DNA of 64,000 bases from NCBI GenBank assembly GCA_963698305.1, contig CAVOQI010000006.1:28506-92505 (forward strand). Reading direction: 5' to 3'. This document shows, in pieces, positions 1-9,607 of the stretch (position 1 is its first letter; every line of letters starts with the position of its first letter). Position numbers and translations under genes: made by a program. The DNA is from an uncultured beta proteobacterium (GTDB lineage Bacteria; Pseudomonadota; Gammaproteobacteria; Burkholderiales; Burkholderiaceae_F). The notes under the pieces are model-generated. The model ran no database searches. It saw only the letters and a program-made list of their open reading frames with translations, and had not been told where the DNA came from.

Positions 1-1217
1 AGTGCCGCACGCTGACGCACCCGAAGGCGAAGGCGCCCTTCCTGTTCGCGCAGCGCATCGAGGACCCTGCCCTGCCGACCGTGTTCGGCTACGGCCACGG
101 CGACGTGATCCGCGGCCTCGAACCCGAGTGGAAGGAAGGCCTGTCGCCCTGGACACTCACCGAGCGCGACGGCCGCTGGTACGGCCGCGGCATCGCCGAC
201 AACAAGGGCCAGCACTCGGTGAACATGCAGGCGATGGCCAACGTGGTGGCCGAGCGCGGCCGCCTCGGCTTCAACTCGAAGTTCCTCGTCGAGATGGGCG
301 AGGAGACGGGCTCGCCGGGCCTGCGCGGGCTGTGCGAGGAGCACAAGGACCTGTTCAAGGCCGACCTGCTGATCGCCTCCGACGGCCCGCGGCTGCGCGC
401 CGACCGGCCGACCATCTTCCTCGGCTCGCGCGGCAGCATGAACTTCGACCTGACCATCGAGGCGCGCAAGGGCGGGCACCACTCGGGCAACTGGGGCGGG
501 CTGATCTCCAACCCGGGCCTGCAGCTCGCGCACGCCATCGCCAGCATCGCCTCGCCCACCGGCCAGATCCGCGTGCCCGAGTGGGTGCCGAAGGAACTGC
601 CGGCCGCCGTGCGGCGCGCGCTCGCCGATTGCGAGGTCGACGGCGGCGCCGATGGCCCGACGATCGAGCCGTGGTGGGGCGAGCCGGGACTCTCGCCCGC
701 CGAGCGCGTGTTCGGCTGGTGTTCGTTCGAGGTGCTCGCGTACAAGACGGGCAACCCGGACACGCCGGTCAACGCGATCCCGCCGCGCGCGTGGGCGCGC
801 TGCCAGCTTCGCTTCGTCGTCGGCATCGACGAGTCGCAGATCCTGCCGGCGCTGCGCCGTCACCTCGACCGCCAGGGCTTCCCGATGGTGCAGATCGCGC
901 CGACGCGCGAGGAGATGTTCCACGCGACGCGCATCGATCCGGAGGATCCGTGGGTGCAGTGGGCGATGGCGTCGCTCGCGCGCACCAGCGGCAAGAAGCC
1001 GGCGCTGCTGCCGAACCTCGGCGGCTCGCTGCCGAACGACATCTTCACCGACGTGCTCGGCCTGCGGACCGTGTGGGTGCCGCACTCGTACCCCGGCTGC
1101 TCGCAGCACGCGCCGAACGAGCACCTGCCGCCCGAGGTGCTGCGCGAGGCGCTGGCGGTGATGACCGGGTTGTACTGGGACCTCGGCGCCGGCGACACGC
1201 CGAAGAACGCCGCGTGA
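1..1217 (+). CDS. M20 family metallopeptidase (ArgE/DapE/dipeptidase-like); 5' end lies left of the window
   Basis: Frame 3 is open from base 3 (CRTLTHPKAKAPFLF...), so listed ORF 81..1217 is only the in-window part. Motifs GRGIADNKGQ, EMGEETGSPG and GGHHSGNWGG fit dimetal M20 peptidases. Strong GC3 bias. TGA at 1215-1217. Confidence 0.85.
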   Translation, partial: CRTLTHPKAKAPFLFAQRIEDPALPTVFGYGHGDVIRGLEPEWKEGLSPWTLTERDGRWYGRGIADNKGQHSVNMQAMANVVAERGRLGFNSKFLVEMGEETGSPGLRGLCEEHKDLFKADLLIASDGPRLRADRPTIFLGSRGSMNFDLTIEARKGGHHSGNWGGLISNPGLQLAHAIASIASPTGQIRVPEWVPKELPAAVRRALADCEVDGGADGPTIEPWWGEPGLSPAERVFGWCSFEVLAYKTGNPDTPVNAIPPRAWARCQLRFVVGIDESQILPALRRHLDRQGFPMVQIAPTREEMFHATRIDPEDPWVQWAMASLARTSGKKPALLPNLGGSLPNDIFTDVLGLRTVWVPHSYPGCSQHAPNEHLPPEVLREALAVMTGLYWDLGAGDTPKNAA

Positions 1218-1268
1218 CGCCTGGCGCGGGCGGGCACGACGCGCGGACGGTCGCGCGCGTCGTACCCG

Positions 1269-3309
1269 CTAGCGCGGAGCTGCGCCGGACTCGATCGTCG
1301 CGGCCGGCGCGAGCGGCTTGAACCCCATCGCTTCGTACAACTCGGCAGGCGAGTAGGCAACACCGTCTTTCAGCACAAGGACGGTGCGCCGGATGTCGCT
1401 GATCCGCCGCGACGGGTCACCGTCGACCAGGATCAGGTCGGCCGCCTTGCCGCGTTCGATGCTGCCTGACGTGGCCGACGCGCCGGCCACGCGCGCGCCG
1501 TTCCACGTCGCGATCCGCAGGACCTCGGGCGCAGGGATGCCGGCCTGGACATAGAGTTCCAGTTCGCGATGCAGCCCCAGTCCGGCCGTGCTGTCGGTTC
1601 CGGCCACCAGCGGCACGCCGGCCTGGTGCATCACGCGGATCAGGTCGAGCAGCCGGTTGTACGAAGCCCGGTAGGTCGCAAGCTTCTGGCCTTCGAGGTC
1701 CATCTCGGCAACCCGCATCCGGCGGCGCCACAGCACCGGCAGATACTCGGCGACGGCTTGCAGGCCCGGATCCGGCTGACCCTGCTGCTGCGTCAGCATG
1801 CCTTCGAAGGCGCCGGCCGTCGGATCCACCACGATGCCGCGTTCGAGCAGCAGCGCGACGAAGGCACGCACTTCCGGCCCCGCCATGTCGACGCGGCTGG
1901 CATCGTCACCGACGCGGGTGAACCGCAGCAGCGTCCGGGTGTCATCGCCGGGCTGGCCGATGAAGTTGAGCATCACCTGGTTGATGTGAGTGAGTTCGTC
2001 GTAGCCGGCGCGGACCGCCTGCTCCGCCTTCATGAAGGCCGGAACGTGCCCGGCCACCGTCAGTCCACGCGCCTTGGCATGCGCCGCCAGCGGCTGCACC
2101 CACTCCGGCTGGATCGAGTTGTAGAGCTTGATCTGCCGGTAGCCGCGCGCGGCGTACCAGTCGATCGCGCGCCGGCCCTCCTCGACGGAATCGACGACGA
2201 AGCCGCTGCGCGACGAAAACGGACTCTTCCCTTCGATGAATCCGGCTGCGTACATCGTCGGACCCGGGAGTTCGCCCGCCGCGAGCCGCGCCTGCAGCCG
2301 CAGGACTTCGGCGTTCTCCCCCGCGAGTTCCCGCACGGAGGTCACGCCGGCGGCGAGATGCAGCGGCGCGATGCCTGCCCACATGTGGGCGTGCATGTCG
2401 AACAGCCCCGGCAGGAGCGTGCGACCGCGACCGTCGACGACGTGATCGGCCCGCGCGTCGAGCGCGCCGGCATCGGTGATGGCGGCAATGCGACCGCCGC
2501 GGATGAAGATGTCGGACGGGCCGCGCATCGCCGCCGCGGGCGCGTCGAACCACATGACGCCCCGCACGACGGTCAGGCCCGGCAGCGGCCGGGCGAGACG
2601 CTTCTGCAGCGCGACCAGGCGCTCGTCCTGCGCGCGCAATCCGGCCTGCACGAGCGCGTCGGCACTGGCCTCGTATCCCTTCGGAACAACGGCGAATCCC
2701 GGCCAGGCGACGGCGAAGAAGGCCTTCGACGCATCGTCGCGATGCCAGAGGTACCAGGGAAACGCGTCGACGCCGGTCAGGGCGATCAGCACGAGCGGCA
2801 CGCGGCCGCCCGGCCCCTCGACAACGAGCTTTCCGACCTGCTCCGCCACGAGCTTGTTGCCTGCGAGCACCGGTGCGGTGCCACCGTCCCGACGCAGCAG
2901 AGCGCGCACCAGTTGCCCCGTATAGGCGACGGTTCCCTCGAGAGGCACGAACAGCGTGCCCGGGACGATCGCCTGGTCGCCGCGGTCGACGCGCGATTCC
3001 CAGCGCAAGCGCGATGCCGTCGACGGTGAAGCTCTCGCGTATCTCCGCTCCGAACGTCGACTTGCCTTCGGCCGCGTACCGGATCGGCACACCGGCCGCA
3101 TCCAGCGCGAACACTTCGCGGATGTCCGGCCCACGCCCGTTGTCCCGATAGCTCAGGTCGGTCCGGACCTCGCCGTTCGGCCCGTCATCGACCTTCAGGT
3201 GACCGGCGATGTCCTTCTGGATCACGACGCTGAATTCCTGCTGCGCCAGCGCGGCGGCAGGTATCAGCATCGAACAGCAAAGCAACAGCTGTGGAACCGG
3301 AAATTTCAC
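1269..3309 (-). pseudogene. Secreted amidohydrolase-family metal-dependent hydrolase; reading frame broken once as sequenced
   Basis: Signal peptide and first domain (VKFPVPQLLLCCSMLIPAAALAQQEFSVV...ESFTVDGIA) are in the frame of ORF 1942..3378. The rest (RWESRVDRGDQAIVPG...DMHAHMW...AGTDS) is in ORF 1269..3134. The junction is near 3003-3012. GTG start at 3309 is preceded by GAGGGAG. Confidence 0.8.
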
Positions 3310-3423
3310 GGCGCACTCCCTCAGGCACTGCATTGCGGACTCCGCGAACAGCCGGCGCAATGTAGTCCGCGCGGCCATCGCCGTCTGCAGATGGCCTCGT
3401 CAGGAGCGGGGTCGGAGCGGCCT

Positions 3424-3520
3424 GCCGCCGAACGAGCACTTGCCGCCAGCAGTGCTGCGCGAGGCGCTTGCCGTGACTACCGGGCTGTACCGGGATCTCG
3501 ACATGGGCAACACGCCGAAG
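3424..3520 (+). pseudogene. Remnant of the 3' end of an M20 peptidase gene (paralogous to 1113..1217)
   Basis: Translation PPNEHLPPAVLREALAVTTGLYRDLDMGNTPK aligns with the C-terminus APNEHLPPEVLREALAVMTGLYWDLGAGDTPK of the gene ending at 1217. There is no upstream coding body. Confidence 0.6.
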
Positions 3521-3545
3521 CAAACGTCAGGGCGCCCATCCCCTG

Positions 3546-3839
3546 TCACTCGCGATATCCGGCCTCGCGCTGGTGCCGGATGGTGAGGATTTCAACGCGG
3601 GCGTTGCCGCTCTTCAGCCGATAGAGCGCGACGTACCCGGTGCGGCCCGAGGAGATCACGAGTTCCCGGATGTCGCCGCGTACCGGACGGCCTATCAGCG
3701 GGTGCTCCCGCAGGATCCGCGTGGCATCGACGATGGCATGGGCCGCGCGCTCGGCGAGCGCGGGATCGTGCTCAGCGAGGAAGTCGAAGAGCCGGTCGAG
3801 GTCGGTCAGCGCACGCGCCGTGAAGCGGACGCTCGCCAT
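3546..3839 (-). CDS. parE: ParE/RelE-family type II toxin (plasmid stabilisation protein ParE-like)
   Basis: 97-aa ORF MASVRFTARALTDLDRLFDFLAEHDPALAERAAHAIVDATRILREHPLIGRPVRGDIRELVISSGRTGYVALYRL... shows the typical ParE pattern. It sits directly downstream of a small RHH gene. Confidence 0.85.
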   Translation of the reverse strand: MASVRFTARALTDLDRLFDFLAEHDPALAERAAHAIVDATRILREHPLIGRPVRGDIRELVISSGRTGYVALYRLKSGNARVEILTIRHQREAGYRE

Positions 3840-4177
3840 CGCGCGCTAGCCACGGCCGCGCCGGATCGGCTCTTGCCCGCGGCCTTGGCCGCGCCCCGCG
3901 GCAGCGCCTTCGGGCGCGCGACGTTCCGCTGGCCAGCCGCCCGTGCGAACAGGTACGACGAGACATCCTCCGCGGCGTACAACGCGCCGCCGGCGTCGAC
4001 CTCCGCCGCGGACGCCTCGGCATCCTTGATGAACGCCTCGCGCGCTTCGGCGAGATCGGCCTGGCGCTCGAGTGCATCGACCATCCACGCGTGTTGGGTC
4101 TTGCCGGCCGCCGCGGCGAGGGGCGCGATCCGCTCCTTCAGGGAGTCGGACAGCTTGATCGTGGTCGGTGTCGTCAT
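3806..4177 (-). CDS. Ribbon-helix-helix (CopG/ParD-like) antitoxin
   Basis: ATG at 4177 with GGGAG a few nt upstream. MTTPTTIKLSDSLKERIAPLAAAAGKTQHAWMVDALERQADLAE is an RHH N-terminus. It is hidden as the 3' tail of the spurious 937-aa ORF 3806..6619. It overlaps the parE start by 34 nt. Confidence 0.75.
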   Translation of the reverse strand: MTTPTTIKLSDSLKERIAPLAAAAGKTQHAWMVDALERQADLAEAREAFIKDAEASAAEVDAGGALYAAEDVSSYLFARAAGQRNVARPKALPRGAAKAAGKSRSGAAVASARWRASASRRVR

Positions 4178-4276
4178 CGGGGGCTCCCGGTCCGGTAGTA
4201 CAAAGGTAACACTCGTCGTCCCGTGCGGGCAAGTCGGGCGTGCGGGATACTGCCGCCCTGCCGCCGGAGATCTTCG

Positions 4277-5473
4277 ATGAACGCCCGCTACACCCCCCAC
4301 TGCCAGTTGACCGACCTGCTCGACGCCGCCGAGTCGTTGCGCGAGACGCGTCACCAGCTCCATCGCAACCCCGAGCTGTCGTTCCGCGAGTCGGCGACCT
4401 CCGAACTCGTCGCCGCCCGGCTGGAAGGCTGGGGCTGGAAGGTGACGCGCGACGTCGGCGGCTACGGCGTGGTCGGCACGCTGAAGGTCGGCGACGGCGC
4501 GCGCAGCGTGGCGATACGCGCCGACATGGATGCGCTGCCGATCGTCGAGGAGACCGGCAAGCCGTGGGCGAGCGCGGTCGCCGGCGTGATGCACGCCTGC
4601 GGCCACGACGGCCACACGACGATGCTGCTCGGCGCCGCGCAACGGCTGGCGAAGACGCGCAACTTCACCGGCACCGTGCATCTCGTGTTCCAGCCCGCCG
4701 AGGAAGCCGGCAAGGACAGCGGCGCGCAGCAGATGATCGCCGACGGCCTGTTCGAGCGCTTTCCCTGCGACGCGATCTTCGGCATGCACAACCATCCCGG
4801 CGTGCCGACCGGCACCTTCCTCTTCGGCGCCGGGCCGTTCATGTCGGCGTCCGACACCGCGAAGATCACGATCCACGGCCGCGGCGGCCACGCGGCGCGG
4901 CCGCACCTCGCGGTCGATCCGGTCGTGATCGCCGGCAGCCTGATCATGGCGCTGCAGACCGTCGTGTCGCGCAACATCGAGCCGACGCAGACGGCGATCG
5001 TCACCATCGGCACGGTGCACGCCGGCACCGCCGCCAACGTGATCCCGGAATCGGCGACGCTCGAACTCAGCATCCGCTCGTTCGACGAAGGCGTGCGCGC
5101 GAAGCTCGAACAGCGCATCACCGAACTCGTCAACGCGCAGGTGATGGGCTACGGCGGCAGCGTCGAGATCGTGTACGAACGCGGCTATCCGGTGGTCGTG
5201 AACAGCGCCGCCGAGACCGAGTTCGCGCGGCAGGTGGCGGAAGAACTGGTCGGCCCGCAGCGCGTGGTGTTCCCGTGGGGCCCGACCACGGGCAGCGAGG
5301 ACTTCGCGTATTACCTGCAGCACAAGCCGGGCTGCTTCCTGCGGCTCGGCAACGGCGAACACAGCCCGATGGTGCACAACGCGAAGTACGACTTCGACGA
5401 CGCCAACCTGACGGTCGGCGCGGCGTACTGGACGCGGCTGGTGGAGCGGTTCCTGGCGCGGGACGCCGCGTGA
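4277..5473 (+). CDS. M20D-family amidohydrolase (N-acyl-L-amino acid amidohydrolase/hippurate hydrolase-like)
   Basis: Starts at MNARYTP inside ORF 4223..5473. Motifs RHQLHRNPELSFRE, MHACGHDGH and FQPAEE are diagnostic of the M20D subfamily. Intact frame. Confidence 0.9.
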   Translation: MNARYTPHCQLTDLLDAAESLRETRHQLHRNPELSFRESATSELVAARLEGWGWKVTRDVGGYGVVGTLKVGDGARSVAIRADMDALPIVEETGKPWASAVAGVMHACGHDGHTTMLLGAAQRLAKTRNFTGTVHLVFQPAEEAGKDSGAQQMIADGLFERFPCDAIFGMHNHPGVPTGTFLFGAGPFMSASDTAKITIHGRGGHAARPHLAVDPVVIAGSLIMALQTVVSRNIEPTQTAIVTIGTVHAGTAANVIPESATLELSIRSFDEGVRAKLEQRITELVNAQVMGYGGSVEIVYERGYPVVVNSAAETEFARQVAEELVGPQRVVFPWGPTTGSEDFAYYLQHKPGCFLRLGNGEHSPMVHNAKYDFDDANLTVGAAYWTRLVERFLARDAA

Positions 5474-5541
5474 AGGCCGGCGCCGACTGCATCGTGCTGA
5501 GCGCGAACACGACGCCGGTGCGCCAGACCGCCCGCCGGCGG

Positions 5542-6665
5542 TCAGCCGCAATAGCGTGAGCTCCGGCCGGGTGCCGAGCCGGACGGGCGGACCCCAGGTC
5601 CCGGTGCCCGCATTGACGTAGACCCACGTCCGCCCCTGCTTCGACAGGCCTTCCACGTGCGGCGCATGCACCAGCCGCACCGCGAGCGTCCACGGGAAGA
5701 ACTGTCCGGCGTGCGTGTGACCCGACAGCTGCAGGTCGAAGCCGGCGCGTTCGGCAAGCGGCGCGAGCCGGGGGTTGTGCGCGAGCAGGATCCGGGGTGT
5801 ATCGCCGTGCGCGGGGCCGCTCGCGAGGTCCGGTCGCGGCGGCTCCGGCGGCACCTCGAACTGACCGGCCGGATCGGTGACGCCGCCGACGACGAGCCGC
5901 GCATCGCCCCGCTCCAGCACGCGGTACTCGTTGCGCAGAACCTGGATGCCGAGTCGCCCGAAGTGCGCCGTCCACGCCTTCGCGCCCGAGTAATAGTCGT
6001 GGTTGCCGAGCGCGAGCATCACGCCGTCGGGCGCGCGCAGTCGGGCGAGGGGCTCAACGGCGGCGGACAGCCGCTGCACCGAGCCGTCGACGATGTCGCC
6101 CGTCAGCGCGACGAGATCCGGGGCAAGCGCGTTGGCGATTTCCACGACGCGGCGAACGTAGGCGGCGCCGATGGTCGGTCCCACGTGCAGGTCGCTGATC
6201 TGCGCGATGGTGAAGCCTTCGAACGCGGCGGGCAGTCGGTCGATCGCGATGTCGACTCGTCGCACGTGCGGCCCGCGGACGGCGGCAAGCATGCCGACGC
6301 CGAGGGCGACGAGCGAACCCCACCAGACCGTGGCCACGCCCACCCCGAGCCACCGCCGTCTCCAGCGGACCGCCGGCCAGCGCGCCCGCCGCCAGCAGGG
6401 CGTCGCGCAGCAAGCCGAGCAGGAGCACGTATGTGAGCCAGCCCATGCACAGGTAACTCGCCGCGTGCAGCAGGTCGTCGGCGCGACGGTGGTTCTCCCG
6501 CCCGAAGACCCAGTAGACGACGGGCACCAGCCAGACGAGTGCGAACGGCAGCGCGAGCGCGAGGCGGGCCACGCCCGGCTCGGCCAGCCGCCACGCCACG
6601 TAGACGTAGCCGCCGCCAAGGATCGCGGTGAGCGACAGCACGAAGGGACTGAAGATGCGCTTCAT
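5542..6665 (-). pseudogene. Membrane-anchored metallophosphoesterase (YkuE/YaeI-like); frame broken, 3' end unresolved
   Basis: TM N-terminus MKRIFSPFVLSLTAILGGGYVYVAW... is in the frame of ORF 6054..8051. The catalytic part (ISDLHVG, LTGDIVDG, LGNHDYY, SGHTHAGQ) is in the frame of ORF 3806..6619. The switch is near 6358. No in-frame stop follows ...PELTLLRLTA. The nearest TGA (5542) is in another frame. Confidence 0.75.
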
Positions 6666-9388
6666 GGGGCCCGTGCGCGGCGCTTCGCGACGATGTTGCC
6701 AAAGCCCCCCGCGATCAGCGCCGTGACGTCGAGCAGCACCGGGGTCAGGGCGAGCCCGCCGGGGGAGGCAAGGTATAGCGGCGTCCACGTCGGACCGAAT
6801 TTCGCCTTGTAGCGCCGTAGGCCCTCGAAGTTGTAGAAGTGCTCGGCGTGCCGGTAGATGAACGCACCGACCCGGGGCCAGACCGCCGCTTCGGCGCCGG
6901 CCTCCAGTCCGGCGAGCGGCGCCATGCCGAAGTTGAACCAGTGGTAGCCGTGGTCGCGACCCCATGCGAACAGGCCCGAGAAGAGCATGTCCATGGTCCC
7001 GTTCGGCGCCTCCGGACGATGCCGCATCAGGTCGACGGACAGTTCCTCCCGCCCGGCGCCGAGCCACAGGTTGGCGAACGCCATCACCTCGTCGCCGTGC
7101 CGCACGATCGCCGCGGGGAATCGGCTCAGGTAAGCCGCGTCGAACGACGCGTTCGAGAAGCCTTTCTCGCTCGTCGCCTTGCGCTCCAGCCACGCGCGGG
7201 AGATCGCGTCGAGGGTCGGCAGCAGCGCGGCGACGCCGTCCTGCCCCACGATTTCGAACCGCAATCCCTGGCGCGCGAGTTTCGCGCACGCCTGTCGCAG
7301 GTCCCGGTGCGCCGGCGCATCGAGCGTGAATCCACGCAGATCGACGCGTGCCTCCTCGCCGAGCGGCGTGAGCGCCAGGCCCAGTTCCGCGTACAACTGC
7401 CGGCGCTGCGGACGCACCTCGAAGAACACGCACCAGCCGTCGTGGCGGTCGACCAGTTCGGCATAACGCCAGGCAAGCTCGCGCACGCCCGCCTCGGCGC
7501 CGACCGGGTCCCCCATCGCGATCCAGCTGCGGCCCAGGCGTCCGTACATCAGGAACGCATCGTCGGCATCGCTGAACAGCAGCGCCTTGTCGCCGCGATA
7601 GACCAGGTTGGCGTAGGTCCAGGGAGAGCGTTCGACGATCGGGCGAGCGCGCTCGATCTGCGCCTGCGGCGTCGCGGCCCTGGCGTGGACCGCGGGCCGG
7701 ATCAGCCGGTGCAGCGCGAACACGACGAGCAGCGCGACGGCTCCGATGAGGGCGCGCAGCGAGCGCGTAGCCTCGGCCTGCGACGCGAACTGCCACCAGG
7801 ACTGCGCGGCCATCGCCTCGTCGCGATGCGCGAACAGCATGAGCCACGCGGATCCGCCGACCACGACGGCGCACGAGACGAGCCACGCCGGCGAGAACGC
7901 GGTGTCGAAGAGCGACGAGCGGCGGTAGAACTGCGAACGCAGTGGCAGCAATGCCAGCAGGACGGCAGAGAGAACGAACGCCTCCTCGAAGTCCCAGCCC
8001 TTCAGCAGCGACAGCAGCGCGCCCGCCGCCAGCAGGCCGGCGGCGAGCCACCAGGCCGCGTTCAGTCGCCGCTGCAGGCCTCGCGCGACGACGAGCAGCG
8101 CTGCACCGACCAGGCTCGCGAGGAAGTGCGACACCTCGATCACCGGCAGATCGAACAGCTGCCGCACCAGGTCGAGCCGCCCGATGGCCGCCGGCAGCGC
8201 TCCCGAAAGAAGCAGCAACGCACCCGCGACGAAGGCCATCGCCCCGAGGAGCATCGGCGCGAACCGTGTGAACGAACGCGAAGCGCGCTGCAGCCAGGCG
8301 ATCGCACCCGGCGCGAGCTGGGCACTGCCGCGCACCCCGGCCGCGCCGAGGCCGACGAGGAACGGCAGCAGCAGGTAGATCGCGCGGAAGGCGAGCAGCG
8401 CCGCGATCAGGCCGCGCACCTCAACACGCGGCACGAGCAGCGCGATCATCGCTGCCTCGAACACCCCGAGGCCGCCCGGTACCTGGCTCGCTGCCCCGGC
8501 GACCAGCGCGACGAGGAACACCGACAGGAACGCCGCGAACCCGATGTCCGCGGTAGCCGGCAGCAGCACGTAGAGCGCGCCCGCCATCAGCAGCAGGTCG
8601 GCGCACTCGATGGCGATCTGCCCGAGCGTGAGCGCCGGCGACGGCACGTCGATGCGCCACGGCCCGAACGTGAACGCATGACGGCGTGCGCACAGCCCCA
8701 GCCACGCGGCGAGGATGACCAGCAGCAGCGTCCCGAGGGGGCGCGAGGTGTCGAAGCCGAACCGCAGCACGGCGGGCAAGGACACCGGGGCCGCGATGAG
8801 GACCGTACCCGCGAGCGCGAGGTAGCCGACCCAGAAGCCGATGCTGCAGAAAAGAACCACGGCGCCCACCTGCCGCGCGGACAGGCCGGCGTCCGTGTAG
8901 ACCCAGAAACGCACGGCGCTGCCCGTCAGCAGCGTGTTGCCGACGTTGTTGCCCAGCGCATTCGAGAGCAGCGCGGCGACGGCGGCGCTGCGCAGGGGAA
9001 CGGTCTGCCGCACGTGGCGCAGCGCGAGCACGTCGAGACCGACCAGGACCGTGTACCCGGCGAGCGTCATGACGATCGATGCTGCGACGGCGTACCCGGA
9101 CAGCGACGCCAGTGCGGAGGCGAGTTCGCGATAGCTGTGCGCCGACAGCGCCTCGCGCAGCGACCAGAGCGCAAGCGCGAACAGCGCGAGGCCCACCCAC
9201 GGCATGACCCGCTGCCCGAATGCGGAGGCGCGCGCGGCGATCCTCCCGAGGCGGCGGTCCGCGGCCGAACCAGCGCTCGGCGCGCGCTGTGTGTGCGGAG
9301 TCGATGCCATGGGTGCGGAAGCCTCGCCGACTGCCACGCGGACGAGGCCGTGTCTGCGGGGATCGAAGTTCCCGCTCATCGGGAACAA
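6662..9388 (-). CDS. mprF: Bifunctional lysyl-phosphatidylglycerol flippase/synthetase MprF-like protein
   Basis: 908-aa intact ORF with a poly-TM N-terminal half and a C-terminal DUF2156-type synthase half (FLMYGRLGRSWIAMGDPVG...). The start could be 9388 or ATG 9310. The stop overlaps the downstream ATG as ATGA. Confidence 0.88.
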   Translation of the reverse strand: MFPMSGNFDPRRHGLVRVAVGEASAPMASTPHTQRAPSAGSAADRRLGRIAARASAFGQRVMPWVGLALFALALWSLREALSAHSYRELASALASLSGYAVAASIVMTLAGYTVLVGLDVLALRHVRQTVPLRSAAVAALLSNALGNNVGNTLLTGSAVRFWVYTDAGLSARQVGAVVLFCSIGFWVGYLALAGTVLIAAPVSLPAVLRFGFDTSRPLGTLLLVILAAWLGLCARRHAFTFGPWRIDVPSPALTLGQIAIECADLLLMAGALYVLLPATADIGFAAFLSVFLVALVAGAASQVPGGLGVFEAAMIALLVPRVEVRGLIAALLAFRAIYLLLPFLVGLGAAGVRGSAQLAPGAIAWLQRASRSFTRFAPMLLGAMAFVAGALLLLSGALPAAIGRLDLVRQLFDLPVIEVSHFLASLVGAALLVVARGLQRRLNAAWWLAAGLLAAGALLSLLKGWDFEEAFVLSAVLLALLPLRSQFYRRSSLFDTAFSPAWLVSCAVVVGGSAWLMLFAHRDEAMAAQSWWQFASQAEATRSLRALIGAVALLVVFALHRLIRPAVHARAATPQAQIERARPIVERSPWTYANLVYRGDKALLFSDADDAFLMYGRLGRSWIAMGDPVGAEAGVRELAWRYAELVDRHDGWCVFFEVRPQRRQLYAELGLALTPLGEEARVDLRGFTLDAPAHRDLRQACAKLARQGLRFEIVGQDGVAALLPTLDAISRAWLERKATSEKGFSNASFDAAYLSRFPAAIVRHGDEVMAFANLWLGAGREELSVDLMRHRPEAPNGTMDMLFSGLFAWGRDHGYHWFNFGMAPLAGLEAGAEAAVWPRVGAFIYRHAEHFYNFEGLRRYKAKFGPTWTPLYLASPGGLALTPVLLDVTALIAGGFGNIVAKRRARAP

Positions 9389-9607
9389 CGCGCTGCCTGG
9401 CGGGCGCTCGGAGTTTCAATCTAGGGGGCCTGCGGGGCGTGCGGATGATCTCGGGCAAGCCGACGGACAACTCGGCACGTCGAGGTCACCGATCTGACCG
9501 CCGCAGCCATCGAGCAAGGCCGGCCTGCCACGCGCTGACCCGCCACGCCGATGTCGACGGGGCTGCGGCTTGCCGTCGGCTAATCTCCGCTTCGAACGGG
9601 AACGACG

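Noticed and set aside
3806-6619. 937-aa minus-strand ORF
   Set aside because: It is a chimera. The metallophosphoesterase frame lacks a stop and runs antisense through the well-supported M20D gene. It then happens to be in frame with the small RHH antitoxin gene. The middle part has Arg/Ala/Gly-rich shadow composition.
6839-9424. 861-aa plus-strand ORF opposite mprF
   Set aside because: It is a GC-rich antisense shadow ORF. The translation is R/E/H/Q-rich low complexity with no motifs. The opposite strand encodes a convincing MprF.
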